From the IMG/VR virus record IMGVR_UViG_3300044580_000351, positions 1-41,586 of that record: a stretch of DNA of 41,586 nucleotides; one strand, 5' to 3'. Positions 8,275 to 17,734 of the stretch are shown in pieces (position 1 is the first letter of the stretch; each line of letters opens with the position of its first letter). The notes beneath the pieces were generated by a model. The model saw nothing but the letters and a program-made list of their open reading frames with translations, was not told the origin of the DNA and did no database searches. The DNA is from a virus. Lineage: Duplodnaviria > Caudoviricetes. The translations under genes and the position numbers were made by a program.

Positions 8275-10500
8275 TTACACATCAAGAAATGATACTGCTT
8301 TTATCTCGTCATAAAGCTGAACAAATTTGTCCAGCGAACCGAATAATCCTTTTATTCGGGCAATTCCACCCTTTTGTTGAAGAAGCTGGCTGTTAGAAAA
8401 CTGGGTAAAGGTAAGAGCGGGATTGCGTTTTTTGAAGTCATAGAACATCATAATAAATTCTACTTGTTCATCGTTCAAATGCTTTTTCTCCTTCAAATGA
8501 GCAATAACAGCATCCCTGTTCTTTTCTTCAACAGTCTTAAACCTTGTTTTACCAAGGGCGACATCGATAAAATCTTTGTAAGTGGCAGTGACTTCGCCGT
8601 AAATATCCCTTAAGGTACTAATGTCAAACCCAAAAGCCTCAAGATATTTTTCATCCACCGGAATACCAGGATTCAAAGCTTCCCAGGATAAAACTGCCTG
8701 AACAAATCTTTCTTTTAAAACCGTCTTTTTTTTGATAGCTTTAAGTTGCGGCTCAATTTGCTTTCTAATATGCTCAAAAGCAGATGAAGTAACAATTTCT
8801 GACTTGACTATCCAGACGGAGACGTCAGCAATCACCATTTCGATTTTTTCAGTTTCTTTAGGTTCCTTGCCCTGACCATCTTCTTTATCTGAAGGTATCT
8901 TTTCACCGTCAGAAGATACCTCTGTTTCTTCAGTAGTCTCAATTATTTCATCAGTTTCTAAGGTTTCATCGGTGACGACCTCTTCAATTCCTGCAAGGTC
9001 AACAAAGTCGATAAGTTTAAAGCTTTCCTTTGTCTTGCCGTGTTCTTGCTCGTTACACTTACGAGTGGCACGTCCTTTCATCTGAACATAGAGAATTTTT
9101 GACTTTGTGGGCCTAGCCATTACCAGAACTTCGATGTCAGGAGCATCAATACCGGTGGATAGCATATCTACGGAAACGGCAATACGAATTTCACTGTCGA
9201 TTTCCTGAAACTTTCTAATCAGTTCAGAGGCGTTTCTCACCTGATTATGTATTACAACTATAAAGTCTTCTGCTTCGCTTGAGTCCTTTGGGAGTTTGTT
9301 CAGTTCGTTGTATTTTGTTATCAACGCATCGCGCAAATGATTGGCGTGCGCTATGCTTGCCGCAAAAACCAGTGTCTTTGGAATCGTATGCGTCTGCTCA
9401 TATCCTATTACTTCAAAATATTTTTCGGCTATTAATTCATTCCTTCGCGGGACATCCACACGTCTGCCAAGGTCTTCCGGCTCAAAGTCAAAACCCATGT
9501 CATGAATCCCACTGAGGTCTACATTGGTCAGGAACTTATATCTCTCGGTAAAAGCTAGTATGCCGTCTTTAACTCCCTGATAGTAGCTGTATCTGAATAC
9601 CGGCTCTCCAAAATAATCGTCGGTACTCTGCGTTTCCTTATCAGATGGAGTTGCTGTTAACCCTAAAACTTTGGCCTTGCCAGTCCTGAAATGCTCAATA
9701 ACCGTGTGCCAATCTCCAAAATATGACCGATGGCACTCGTCAAGAATTACCAAGTCAAAAAAATTATTCGGGTATGCACGATACTTATCATTTACATACA
9801 AAAACTGAATTGTTGAAACAGAAATATCGTTATATTTATCTTCTTTTGTGCCGGTCAAGCGGTTTATTTTAAAGGTATCACCTAATACCTTATTGAAAGA
9901 ACGAACTGTCTGTTCAGCAAGAGAATCCCTATCTACTAAAAATAAGACTCTCCGAACAAGGCCGACTTTGTAAAGCTTGCCGATTATTCCCGCCGCTGTT
10001 ATCGTTTTTCCTGTTCCGGTAGCCATTTCGATATAGGTTCTTTCTCTGCCTAATTGAAATGCGCTTACCACCTGTGAGACGGCAATTTTTTGATAATTCC
10101 TTAAGCCTGCCAAAAGAATATCAGTTTCCGGATTTAGAAAATCTTTTATCTCGGCATAGGTCATTAGCCTGCTGATTTTTTCTGGTCTTGTATTTGCTTT
10201 AAGGTTTTGCCGGTAAAATGTTCTGCCATCTGAAGCAAAAATTAAGAAGACTTCCTTGCCACTTTCATTTAGTTTCTTTGCATAGTTTTTGGCTTGGACT
10301 AAAGCCGCATTCAAATCCATCCCCTGTTTCTTGGCCTCAATAATAGCCACAGGCAAGCCATTTACCAATATGGCATAGTCTGCTCTTTCTCCGCCCGGTA
10401 TAGGATACTCCTTAGTTATTTGAGTAAAATCAGCCAAATTCCAATTTAGTGCTCTTAAATGTTCGTCAATTAAGGACTTTGCATTTTCCTCCGTATTCAT
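8275..10500 (-). CDS. hsdR: Type I restriction endonuclease subunit R (EcoEI/EcoAI-like)
   Basis: ADY...IIEAKK nuclease motif, MATGTGKT, DECH, TATP, VDMLSTGIDAP, QMKGRATR. Confidence 0.93.
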   Translation of the reverse strand: MNTEENAKSLIDEHLRALNWNLADFTQITKEYPIPGGERADYAILVNGLPVAIIEAKKQGMDLNAALVQAKNYAKKLNESGKEVFLIFASDGRTFYRQNLKANTRPEKISRLMTYAEIKDFLNPETDILLAGLRNYQKIAVSQVVSAFQLGRERTYIEMATGTGKTITAAGIIGKLYKVGLVRRVLFLVDRDSLAEQTVRSFNKVLGDTFKINRLTGTKEDKYNDISVSTIQFLYVNDKYRAYPNNFFDLVILDECHRSYFGDWHTVIEHFRTGKAKVLGLTATPSDKETQSTDDYFGEPVFRYSYYQGVKDGILAFTERYKFLTNVDLSGIHDMGFDFEPEDLGRRVDVPRRNELIAEKYFEVIGYEQTHTIPKTLVFAASIAHANHLRDALITKYNELNKLPKDSSEAEDFIVVIHNQVRNASELIRKFQEIDSEIRIAVSVDMLSTGIDAPDIEVLVMARPTKSKILYVQMKGRATRKCNEQEHGKTKESFKLIDFVDLAGIEEVVTDETLETDEIIETTEETEVSSDGEKIPSDKEDGQGKEPKETEKIEMVIADVSVWIVKSEIVTSSAFEHIRKQIEPQLKAIKKKTVLKERFVQAVLSWEALNPGIPVDEKYLEAFGFDISTLRDIYGEVTATYKDFIDVALGKTRFKTVEEKNRDAVIAHLKEKKHLNDEQVEFIMMFYDFKKRNPALTFTQFSNSQLLQQKGGIARIKGLFGSLDKFVQLYDEIKAVSFLDV

Positions 10501-10558
10501 CTATTTTCCCCCTACAAAACTACTGTTCTTTAACATATAACTAATATAACTTAATTTT

Positions 10559-10729
10559 TTATTTTCTTCTAAACTTTGCATCTTCAGGCTTTTCCGCATT
10601 CTTTGATATAACCCACGCCCAACCCAAACGAACAGCGCCCTTAATGCGCCCTTGTTCGCATAAAACTTGAACTCTGCGCAGGGATATATTCCATTTTTCA
10701 GCAGCTTGTTTTGTCGTTAAGTAATCTAT
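10559..10729 (-). CDS. Small excisionase-like HTH DNA-binding protein; expected start codon reads ATA
   Basis: DYLTTKQAAEKWNISLRRVQVLCEQGRIKGAVRLGWAWVI. RBS GAGGT (10737-10741) lies 7 nt before ATA-GAT-TAC. Confidence 0.75.
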   Translation of the reverse strand: MDYLTTKQAAEKWNISLRRVQVLCEQGRIKGAVRLGWAWVISKNAEKPEDAKFRRK

Positions 10730-10765
10730 TATGAATACCTCGCAGAACACAAAATTCCAATTTTT

Positions 10766-10794
10766 ATTATATGCGAAAAAACGAACAATTTCAA
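10766..10794 (-). promoter_or_regulatory. Sigma-A promoter of the HTH-hsdR-hsdMS-HEPN operon
   Basis: TTGAAA-N17-TATAAT on the minus strand. Confidence 0.7.
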
Positions 10795-11060
10795 CATATT
10801 ACAACTATATACATAATAAATAAAGTCTTTTCAGAAAATGAGTATACCTGCATTAAATGTACATCCATCCTGTCTCCTCAACCCCTATGAAAAATGCCCG
10901 TTATCTAATCTGTCAACTCAACTCTATCGCTTTATGGGCAGTTGATATGTTTCCGCGAAAAGCAAAAATATGGGTTTCCTGACATTGTCGTTTCAGGCCA
11001 AACAGCCAAAAGAAAAGTTCAATGTCTGGAAACCCTTTATTTATGGGCACTTTCAGCCAT

Positions 11061-11126
11061 CTATTTCTCAACCCTTGACATCAATGTCACGCACTCAACG
11101 TGGGTCGAGTTGATGGAATTGATGTC
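11061..11126 (-). other. Attachment site containing a displaced 3' tail of rlmD/rumA (prophage boundary)
   Basis: Minus strand 11108-11061 reads STHVECVTLMSRVEK*, the RlmD C-terminus. Inverted repeats TCAAC/GTTGA and GACATCAAT/ATTGATGTC lie around about 11104. Confidence 0.8.
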
Positions 11127-11245
11127 TGCGGGCCACTTTAGAAACCATCTGTACGTGGGAATATGTCAATGTGTTTTTGGCTGTTTTTTGAAAAACCGTC
11201 GTTCAAGGAAACATATCAACCTAGTCCGAATAGGGCGAAAGATAT

Positions 11246-12607
11246 TTACTTGAATACAACAATATACTTTTCTGCATATTCTCTAAAAGTTGTATCGACT
11301 TCTTCGCAAATCACACTTAATTCTTTGAAAACAGTGCCTCTCACGTAAGCATCTCTTAATTCTGGCTTTTTTAATAGTGCCCACTTTAATTGCTTGTATG
11401 AATATTTTGCAAATAAGATCCATTGTGTATAATTTATCGCCATCGGATTTTTTGTAAAGAGTATTTTACCGGCATTTATTGCAGTAATCGCTGAATGTCC
11501 TATAAACAGCATCGTGCTTAGTTTCGGATGTTTTTCTCGATTCAATGAAAACGGGATAGATTCCTTTACTGGATAACCTTCCTTTATTCTTTTGAATGCA
11601 TATCCTATTCTAATCACTACTTCTATAATCATTGTCGGAATTGACATCGAACAGAAATGAATGAAATCATAGCCTTCATAATACATTCCTTGTACTATTT
11701 CTGCTATCGTCTGTTCTTCTTCACCTATGTTGCCAAATTGAAGCAGATTAAATAGTCCCATCAACGGAACAGGTAATCCCATTGAAGTAGTAATGTCTGA
11801 CTTGAAATGGATTATTTGCTTAGCAATTGCCGCAAATATATTGCTTTCTTTTCTATCCGCATAATTTTCCATTACCTGAGTTACGATTTTTCCCGTTTTA
11901 TCAATGGTTGTCATTCTGCCTGTCATAATATCAAACACACCGAATAACAGACCAAGCAAAGGATCATGTCCCAGAGATAACAGTCTGTGATAATACGCAG
12001 AAAGTCCGTTAACAAATTCTGTCGTGTTTCTATTATCCTGAGCATCATATGGAACCTTGCTAATTCTTGAATTTGCGAGCTTTTCCATTTCTTCTTCAGG
12101 AAACTTTTTATCAAACTACTCCCGTATATAATTCGACAAAGCACCTGCTTTAAGTCCATCAGGGGTTTTCTGTGGAATACCCACTAAGAGAATATCTACT
12201 GCTGCCCCTAATATTCCCGCCGCAGCACTTATTGTAATATCGAATTTATCAAGTCGATGTACCGCATTGAACTCTTCATTTAACAGTTTGATTGCCTGCT
12301 CATTAGCTCGCAATTCTTCCTTGGTAAAAAGAGTTTCCAAATCTGTACTGTTACCAACAGACTTCTCAGCCTCAGTGCACATTTCTTCCCAAGTAGGTAC
12401 AATATGCTTTCTTCTCTCTGATAATGGTATAATCTTTGGAATATCAGTCAGGGAATAACCAAGTGATTTTAGCAGTTCTTCACTCTCTGATATTCGTTTG
12501 TCCACTCCAGACACATCAGGACGTTGAATGCTCTTGAACTCTTGAGCCTGATAATTCAGAACATTATTTATTTGCTGTTCCCCATTAGAGTATTTGAACT
12601 TACTCAT
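11246..12607 (-). pseudogene. 453-codon hypothetical membrane-associated gene split by one in-frame TAG
   Basis: ORFs 12116-12607 and 11246-12088 share a frame: NYIRE*FDKKFPEEEMEKLANS, TAG at 12116-12118. Confidence 0.8.
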
Positions 12608-13152
12608 GCGGTTTCACCTAAATCCTTCTTTAAATCTTTTATAGCTTGTGTCAACAGGATATTAAGACTCTGTAAATAATCCAGGCGCTCCTTATCTGCA
12701 TTTGCTTCATCCTTCAACGCCAAAATAATGGCTTGATGCTTTTTAAGTGCTTCTTTATATAAACGCTCTTTCTCCTGTCTAAGCTGTTTATGTTTTAAGT
12801 GAGATGCAAGACCAACACCACCTGCTGCCAATAAAGCAACCGGAGCAGCAAGTACGAAAACTCCGGCAACCATTCCACCACCAACAATACCGCCTGCCGC
12901 TGCAAGTCCCGATGTGATTCCTGCAGCAGATAAACCGACTGAGCCCAAACCATATAATGCGGCAAATGAACCTACTCCGCCAATACCAGCACCAATAGCT
13001 CCTGCTAAAATTTCAGGAATAGCACTCTCTCTTACAGTTCGTGTCTTATCATTAACAGCTACTGCTGCTTCGTTGATAACATTAACAACCTGCTGTAATG
13101 ATTCTACACTTTGGAATACCATATCCTTCTTCTTTTTTATGTATTCACCCAT
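12604..13152 (-). CDS. Glycine-zipper membrane protein with C-terminal coiled coil
   Basis: GAIGAGIGG...GLSAAGITSGLAAAGGIVGGGMVAG hydrophobic stretch; ATGA overlap with the next gene. Confidence 0.8.
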   Translation of the reverse strand: MGEYIKKKKDMVFQSVESLQQVVNVINEAAVAVNDKTRTVRESAIPEILAGAIGAGIGGVGSFAALYGLGSVGLSAAGITSGLAAAGGIVGGGMVAGVFVLAAPVALLAAGGVGLASHLKHKQLRQEKERLYKEALKKHQAIILALKDEANADKERLDYLQSLNILLTQAIKDLKKDLGETA

Positions 13153-13227
13153 ACATATACCACCTTTCCTGTTTTACATACAGACACATTTCATATCATT
13201 ATCATCATTGCAATTATAGTGAACCTC

Positions 13228-13257
13228 AACTGAACAAACATACATATTTGTTCAGTT
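13228..13257. promoter_or_regulatory. 11-bp inverted repeat (operator or terminator) between cargo operons
   Basis: AACTGAACAAA-N8-TTTGTTCAGTT; minus-strand TATAAT at 13213-13218. Confidence 0.45.
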
Positions 13258-13263
13258 CAGCAA

Positions 13264-14271
13264 CTAACCCCACGTCTTATATTTAAGTAACTCTGCGATC
13301 TCCTCAGTTCCAGGTAGTTTTTCTGTTTCAAGAATTTGTGTTAAATCAAACACTCGTGAGCCCATCGGTGCTCTGGGAGTTATCTTCTTGAAATCAGTAT
13401 CGTAGAATTTTTCTACGAAAAAATATCTTGTAGCATCCATTACATAGCCATAGTTTTTACCATCTTCTCTTGCACGATCAATTTGCTGCTTTCTTTCTTC
13501 GGTCAATTCTCCAAGTTCGGCTTTATACTCAAGGCCATTTTCTGTAGTAACTGCAGTGATGATGGCATTGATTTTCCCGATTGCTCTTACACTTTTTTCT
13601 TTATATAGACCGAGATAATCATGTGCACTAAATCCACGCTCAATATCATCATAATAAAGGTTCTCACTAACATTAAAATTAAATGTAGTACCTGCCAGTT
13701 GTACTCTCATACGTTTCCATGAATCTGAAACAATTATGAGTTTATCGTTATAACAGTAATTCAAAAAGTCTTCTAAAACCTCTTGCATTTCATAATCCCT
13801 ATCATCAATAACATCTCGTATCGCATCAATAATACCCTCGAAAGTGGTATTAACGTGCATGACAGGATATCTCTGTGTGGCATTATATTTCTTTAATTGG
13901 TCATCGAATTCTTTTTTCTTTTCTGGAGCCATCAACTCCGGTGCTAAAGTAATTATTACTTTATACTTTTCATCACCAAAAGATTTTAAATGTCGTAGTA
14001 ACTGATCTGAATAAAACCAGTCAGACATTTTTGTCTCAACAACAATTTTAAAGCTTTCTTGTGTAATGGTAGCATCTGGGATACTTTTAGTACTCTTTTC
14101 CTGAAGGTTAAAAACAATCTCTGGTTCAAAGGAATCTGAAAAGAATTCTGATTTCAGGAAACGAAAGAACTTATCTGAAGAGTATGAATATAGCCGAGAT
14201 AATAGTAGCATCGTATTTGCTGTTGCGACATTCTCTTTCGCATGATATCTTTGGAAATAATGAATCTTCAT
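13264..14271 (-). CDS. Putative PD-(D/E)XK nuclease
   Basis: KENVAT helix, IPDATI...IVVETK motif, then DQLLRH. Confidence 0.7.
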   Translation of the reverse strand: MKIHYFQRYHAKENVATANTMLLLSRLYSYSSDKFFRFLKSEFFSDSFEPEIVFNLQEKSTKSIPDATITQESFKIVVETKMSDWFYSDQLLRHLKSFGDEKYKVIITLAPELMAPEKKKEFDDQLKKYNATQRYPVMHVNTTFEGIIDAIRDVIDDRDYEMQEVLEDFLNYCYNDKLIIVSDSWKRMRVQLAGTTFNFNVSENLYYDDIERGFSAHDYLGLYKEKSVRAIGKINAIITAVTTENGLEYKAELGELTEERKQQIDRAREDGKNYGYVMDATRYFFVEKFYDTDFKKITPRAPMGSRVFDLTQILETEKLPGTEEIAELLKYKTWG

Positions 14272-14273
14272 AA

Positions 14274-15302
14274 CTATTTGTCCCCCCTAATTTTCTTTCC
14301 ATAGGTTTTAGGGAAGTAATCCTTCCCAAGTAACCAAAGATACTGATCAATTTGCTTCAGGTTATATTTATCCAAGCCATAGAAAGCACGAAAATTTATC
14401 AGTATACGTTTAAATTTAATATATTCTTTCAAATCACCATCTGGGAAATCTGAGAATCCATCACGATTTCTAAAATATCGAAGCACCTCAACGACGTAGC
14501 TGTCATAAATCGGATAATCGAGTGGATTGTGATGGCTGCAATACTTTGTGGCAAAAGAGTAAAAATTCTTCTCTGTATCGCCGATATTTACATACTGGAT
14601 GTCTCCAACAAGAGTAACATCTCCAGCCTTAAGCCTCGTATCAATATTCAAAGTACATATGTGCTTGGCCACTGGATAGATAGAGAAAATATTTGTACTA
14701 TAAAAGTCGTTAAGCGCTGATGCTTTCAAAAGGACATCAATAATGTCCGTATTATTTGGACATAGCTCAAAGAACAGCTTATTAAGTGCATTCTCCTGCA
14801 GGCGATAGTTCTCAAGTGTATTCCACTTAGCAAGATATAACTCAACCTGTTCAGTTGATGGTTGAGGAACATTAATCTCAGTTTTTTTCTTACGTCTATA
14901 TGTACGATTAGCAGTATTATCCTGCTTAGGCGTTGATGTTTCAGCAGTTCCGTCAGAAGCTAAGAATAAACGGAATCTTCTTAAATGAGACAAATAACTA
15001 TTAACTAGTGAATTGACATTACCTGTCGAGTTCTCAGAAAGAGCCTTAATTAATGCCTCTTTCGCATCATTCTCAAAAGCAGGCGAAGTTACCGTATTCC
15101 AAAACAGGTCTTTACTCCCTTTCCTCCAGAGGTAGAAGGTATCAACATAAGATGTGTTTATAGTTGCCTTTGCAATACTCTGACTATGTAGGAATTCTCT
15201 ATATAAGGCACGTAACTCATCATACGATAGCGTTTTTATTTTGCTTATATCCAATTTCGGTGTCCCCTTTATAATATTGTTTAAACTCTTATTCCTCTTC
15301 AC
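14274..15302 (-). CDS. Two-domain hypothetical protein with an HhH-glycosylase-like C-terminal domain
   Basis: LNDFYST...SFATKYCSHHNP...YPIYDSYV...LKQIDQYLW pattern; helical N-domain, low-complexity linker. Confidence 0.55.
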   Translation of the reverse strand: MKRNKSLNNIIKGTPKLDISKIKTLSYDELRALYREFLHSQSIAKATINTSYVDTFYLWRKGSKDLFWNTVTSPAFENDAKEALIKALSENSTGNVNSLVNSYLSHLRRFRLFLASDGTAETSTPKQDNTANRTYRRKKKTEINVPQPSTEQVELYLAKWNTLENYRLQENALNKLFFELCPNNTDIIDVLLKASALNDFYSTNIFSIYPVAKHICTLNIDTRLKAGDVTLVGDIQYVNIGDTEKNFYSFATKYCSHHNPLDYPIYDSYVVEVLRYFRNRDGFSDFPDGDLKEYIKFKRILINFRAFYGLDKYNLKQIDQYLWLLGKDYFPKTYGKKIRGDK

Positions 15303-15612
15303 TATTTGAATATTTTTCTATCAAAGCGAAAATATAAGCAGTATTTCTTGATTTTCTGCTGACCTCATGCCTAACACCCGTTTCTCCATTAACCCAGCGA
15401 TCATAATATGAATGTATAAATAAAAAATCTTTCTTTGATATTGCTCTTTTCATTGATAGCTCGCTGGAAGGCGAATTGTAAATAGCCCTATCAACATACA
15501 ACCTTCCATCACGGGACGATGCAGTAAACCAAAGACCTGTTGTAGTTTGTATTTCTACTCCCGATGATGATAAAACCGAAGTTACGTGATTCCATAGTGT
15601 TTCACCATTCAT
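15289..15612 (-). CDS. Hypothetical protein (107 aa)
   Basis: Coupled to both neighbours (TAATG overlap; 14-nt overlap). Confidence 0.8.
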   Translation of the reverse strand: MNGETLWNHVTSVLSSSGVEIQTTTGLWFTASSRDGRLYVDRAIYNSPSSELSMKRAISKKDFLFIHSYYDRWVNGETGVRHEVSRKSRNTAYIFALIEKYSNSEEE

Positions 15613-16028
15613 TACTCTACACCATCCTTTAATTTGATATAGTTACCGGGGAGGGCCTCAAATAATTCCGGGTAATGCCCACACCTCGCCCTAATCTGTG
15701 TATATTGCGCTTTCTTCCCGTTTTTCTGCAAATACAACCTACGTTTGTATATTTCATCTGCCAGCTCAGATGCATGCATAGTTTTGTTTTCAACCTCTGA
15801 TAGCACTATCTTCATAGCTTCCTGAAGTGTATAGTTAGCATGCTTGTCTGCGACATTATCAGCAATTATGTCCTTTTCATCGTATTTCAGCACAATATAA
15901 GCAGGCTTATTATCTTTAAGAAGAACGACTTTTCCGTTCTTTTCTACCACTGAAAAAACATGTTCCAGATCAGTTCGTAATAAATCAAAGGGTATTAAAC
16001 TATCTATTTTTACGTCCATACTTTTCAC
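15612..16028 (-). CDS. Phd/YefM-like domain fused to a HARE-HTH-like winged helix
   Basis: N-terminal VFSVVEKNGKVVLLKDNKPAYIVL (Phd fold); C-terminal TLQEAMKIVL...MHASELADEI...QIRAR...ELFE. Start may be ATG 16019. Confidence 0.7.
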   Translation of the reverse strand: MKSMDVKIDSLIPFDLLRTDLEHVFSVVEKNGKVVLLKDNKPAYIVLKYDEKDIIADNVADKHANYTLQEAMKIVLSEVENKTMHASELADEIYKRRLYLQKNGKKAQYTQIRARCGHYPELFEALPGNYIKLKDGVE

Positions 16029-16054
16029 CTCGACCGACTAGGTTTGTTACCATG

Positions 16055-16083
16055 ATTATACATCTGATTAACCACTTTGTCTA
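16055..16083 (-). promoter_or_regulatory. Sigma-A promoter of the cargo operon
   Basis: TAGACA-N17-TATAAT upstream of a GAGGTG RBS. Confidence 0.7.
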
Positions 16084-16106
16084 TATAATTGTTCATATAT
16101 TTGTAT

Positions 16107-16152
16107 AAATAAGAAGACCGCCAATTGAGGTGTAACCCTTTGATTGGCGGTC
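16107..16152 (-). terminator. Intrinsic terminator after the recombinase module
   Basis: GACCGCCAAT (16116-16125) / ATTGGCGGTC (16143-16152) stem followed by TTCTTATTT on the minus strand. Confidence 0.7.
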
Positions 16153-16162
16153 AATCATAACT

Positions 16163-17734
16163 TTACATCTTAACGTCGAGTTCAACTCCTGACCTAAATT
16201 CGACAGTTAGTTTTTCATCAAATACTGTTATCTTTTCAATAAGCCTTCTTACTAACTGCTCATCATATTCTTGTAATTCAACAGACTGGTCATGTATAAA
16301 CTTCATCATTTCTTCTATACGTTCCCGCTTGCCTTCACGCTCAGCATTCTCGGCCAGTATGTTCTGCTTGAGTTCACGCAGATGGTAAATTTCATCCGCC
16401 ACTTTTTGATAGTCTGCTTTTGTATTGACCAGTTGAAGAAGCTCTTGCTGCAGCTCATTTAGCCTGCTTTCTATCTCTTGAATGGTCTGGTCGTTATCCT
16501 CATTTAAAACTGCCGCTATGTTCTCCTGCAGAACAGTAAGGAAGGTATTTTTACTTTCTAACACCTCATTGATTGCCTTTACTACAGCATCTTGCAGCGT
16601 AGCTTCACTAATAGTCCTAGAGGAGCAATCAGAATCCTTCTCTTCCAAGCGGCTGACACACCGCCAGACGATGGATTTGCATCCTCTGTTGTTCCAATGC
16701 ACTCTGCGGTAAATATCTCCGCATTCTCCGCAATATACAATACTGGATAATGCGTACTTGCTGCTATAAACTCGTCTTTTGCCGCTTTTTCCAGCCTGCA
16801 AATTAGCCCTACGCACCATCTCCTCCTGTACCTGCATGAAAATTTCACGCGGGATAATCGGTTCATGGCTGTTTTCAACGTAATACTGAGGAACAATACC
16901 GTTATTTACAACTCGCTTCTTTGAGAGAAAGTCTATGGTATATGTCTTTTGAAGCAGAGCATCCCCGATGTACTTTTCGTTTTGAAGTATTTTCTTTAAT
17001 GTTTCTGGGCGCCACTTTCGTTTGTTTGCGGCAGTTAGAATACCATCTGCTTCAAGACCACGCGCAATCTGTAATAGACTTGCTCCATCAAGGTATTCCC
17101 TGTATATACGCTTTACAACCTCTGCTTCTTCAGGAACAATGACAAGCCGCTTGTTTTCATCTTTGGTATATCCCAAAAAACGATTGTGATTAACCTGGAC
17201 CTCTCCTTGCTGGTATCTAAATTGGAAGCCAAGCTTTACGTTCTGGCTCAAGGATTGACTTTCTTGTTGGGCGAGGGAAGCCATAATGGTCAACATGATC
17301 TCGCCCTTTGAATCCATGGAGTTTATGTTTTCCTTCTCGAAGAATACCGGGATGTTCTTATCTTTCAGCTGTCGGATGTATTTCAAACAATCCAGAGTAT
17401 TTCGGGCAAACCGGCTGATGGACTTGGTAATAACCATGTCGATTTTGCCCTCCATACAGTCCTCGATCATACGGTTAAACTCATCTCGCTTTTTAGTATT
17501 GGTTCCCGTTATGCCGTCATCGGCGTATATGCCTGCAAACTCCCAGTCTGCGTTACCATTAATATAGTTCGTATAATGCTCAACCTGGGCTTCATAACTC
17601 GTGGCCTGTTCCTCACTGTCAGTTGAGACACGACAGTAGGCTGCAACCCGCAGTTTAGGCCTATCTTCTGCTTTTACGGTGTTTCCAACTCGAGCACGAG
17701 CTGGTATGACGGTTATATTCTTAAGATTGCCCAT
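16163..17734 (-). CDS. Large serine recombinase
   Basis: [19 protein letters not shown], recombinase domain, Zn ribbon CGECG...WRC, coiled coil. Confidence 0.96.
   Translation of the reverse strand: MGNLKNITVIPARARVGNTVKAEDRPKLRVAAYCRVSTDSEEQATSYEAQVEHYTNYINGNADWEFAGIYADDGITGTNTKKRDEFNRMIEDCMEGKIDMVITKSISRFARNTLDCLKYIRQLKDKNIPVFFEKENINSMDSKGEIMLTIMASLAQQESQSLSQNVKLGFQFRYQQGEVQVNHNRFLGYTKDENKRLVIVPEEAEVVKRIYREYLDGASLLQIARGLEADGILTAANKRKWRPETLKKILQNEKYIGDALLQKTYTIDFLSKKRVVNNGIVPQYYVENSHEPIIPREIFMQVQEEMVRRANLQAGKSGKRRVYSSKYALSSIVYCGECGDIYRRVHWNNRGCKSIVWRCVSRLEEKDSDCSSRTISEATLQDAVVKAINEVLESKNTFLTVLQENIAAVLNEDNDQTIQEIESRLNELQQELLQLVNTKADYQKVADEIYHLRELKQNILAENAEREGKRERIEEMMKFIHDQSVELQEYDEQLVRRLIEKITVFDEKLTVEFRSGVELDVKM

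Noticed and set aside
10942-11348. + strand ORFs of 103 and 61 aa
   Set aside because: No RBS or recognisable motifs; they span the att region and run antisense to the cargo gene end
1929-12118. Alternative genetic code explaining the internal stops
   Set aside because: The two internal stops differ (TAA, TAG), and TAA, TAG and TGA all end normal genes in the window
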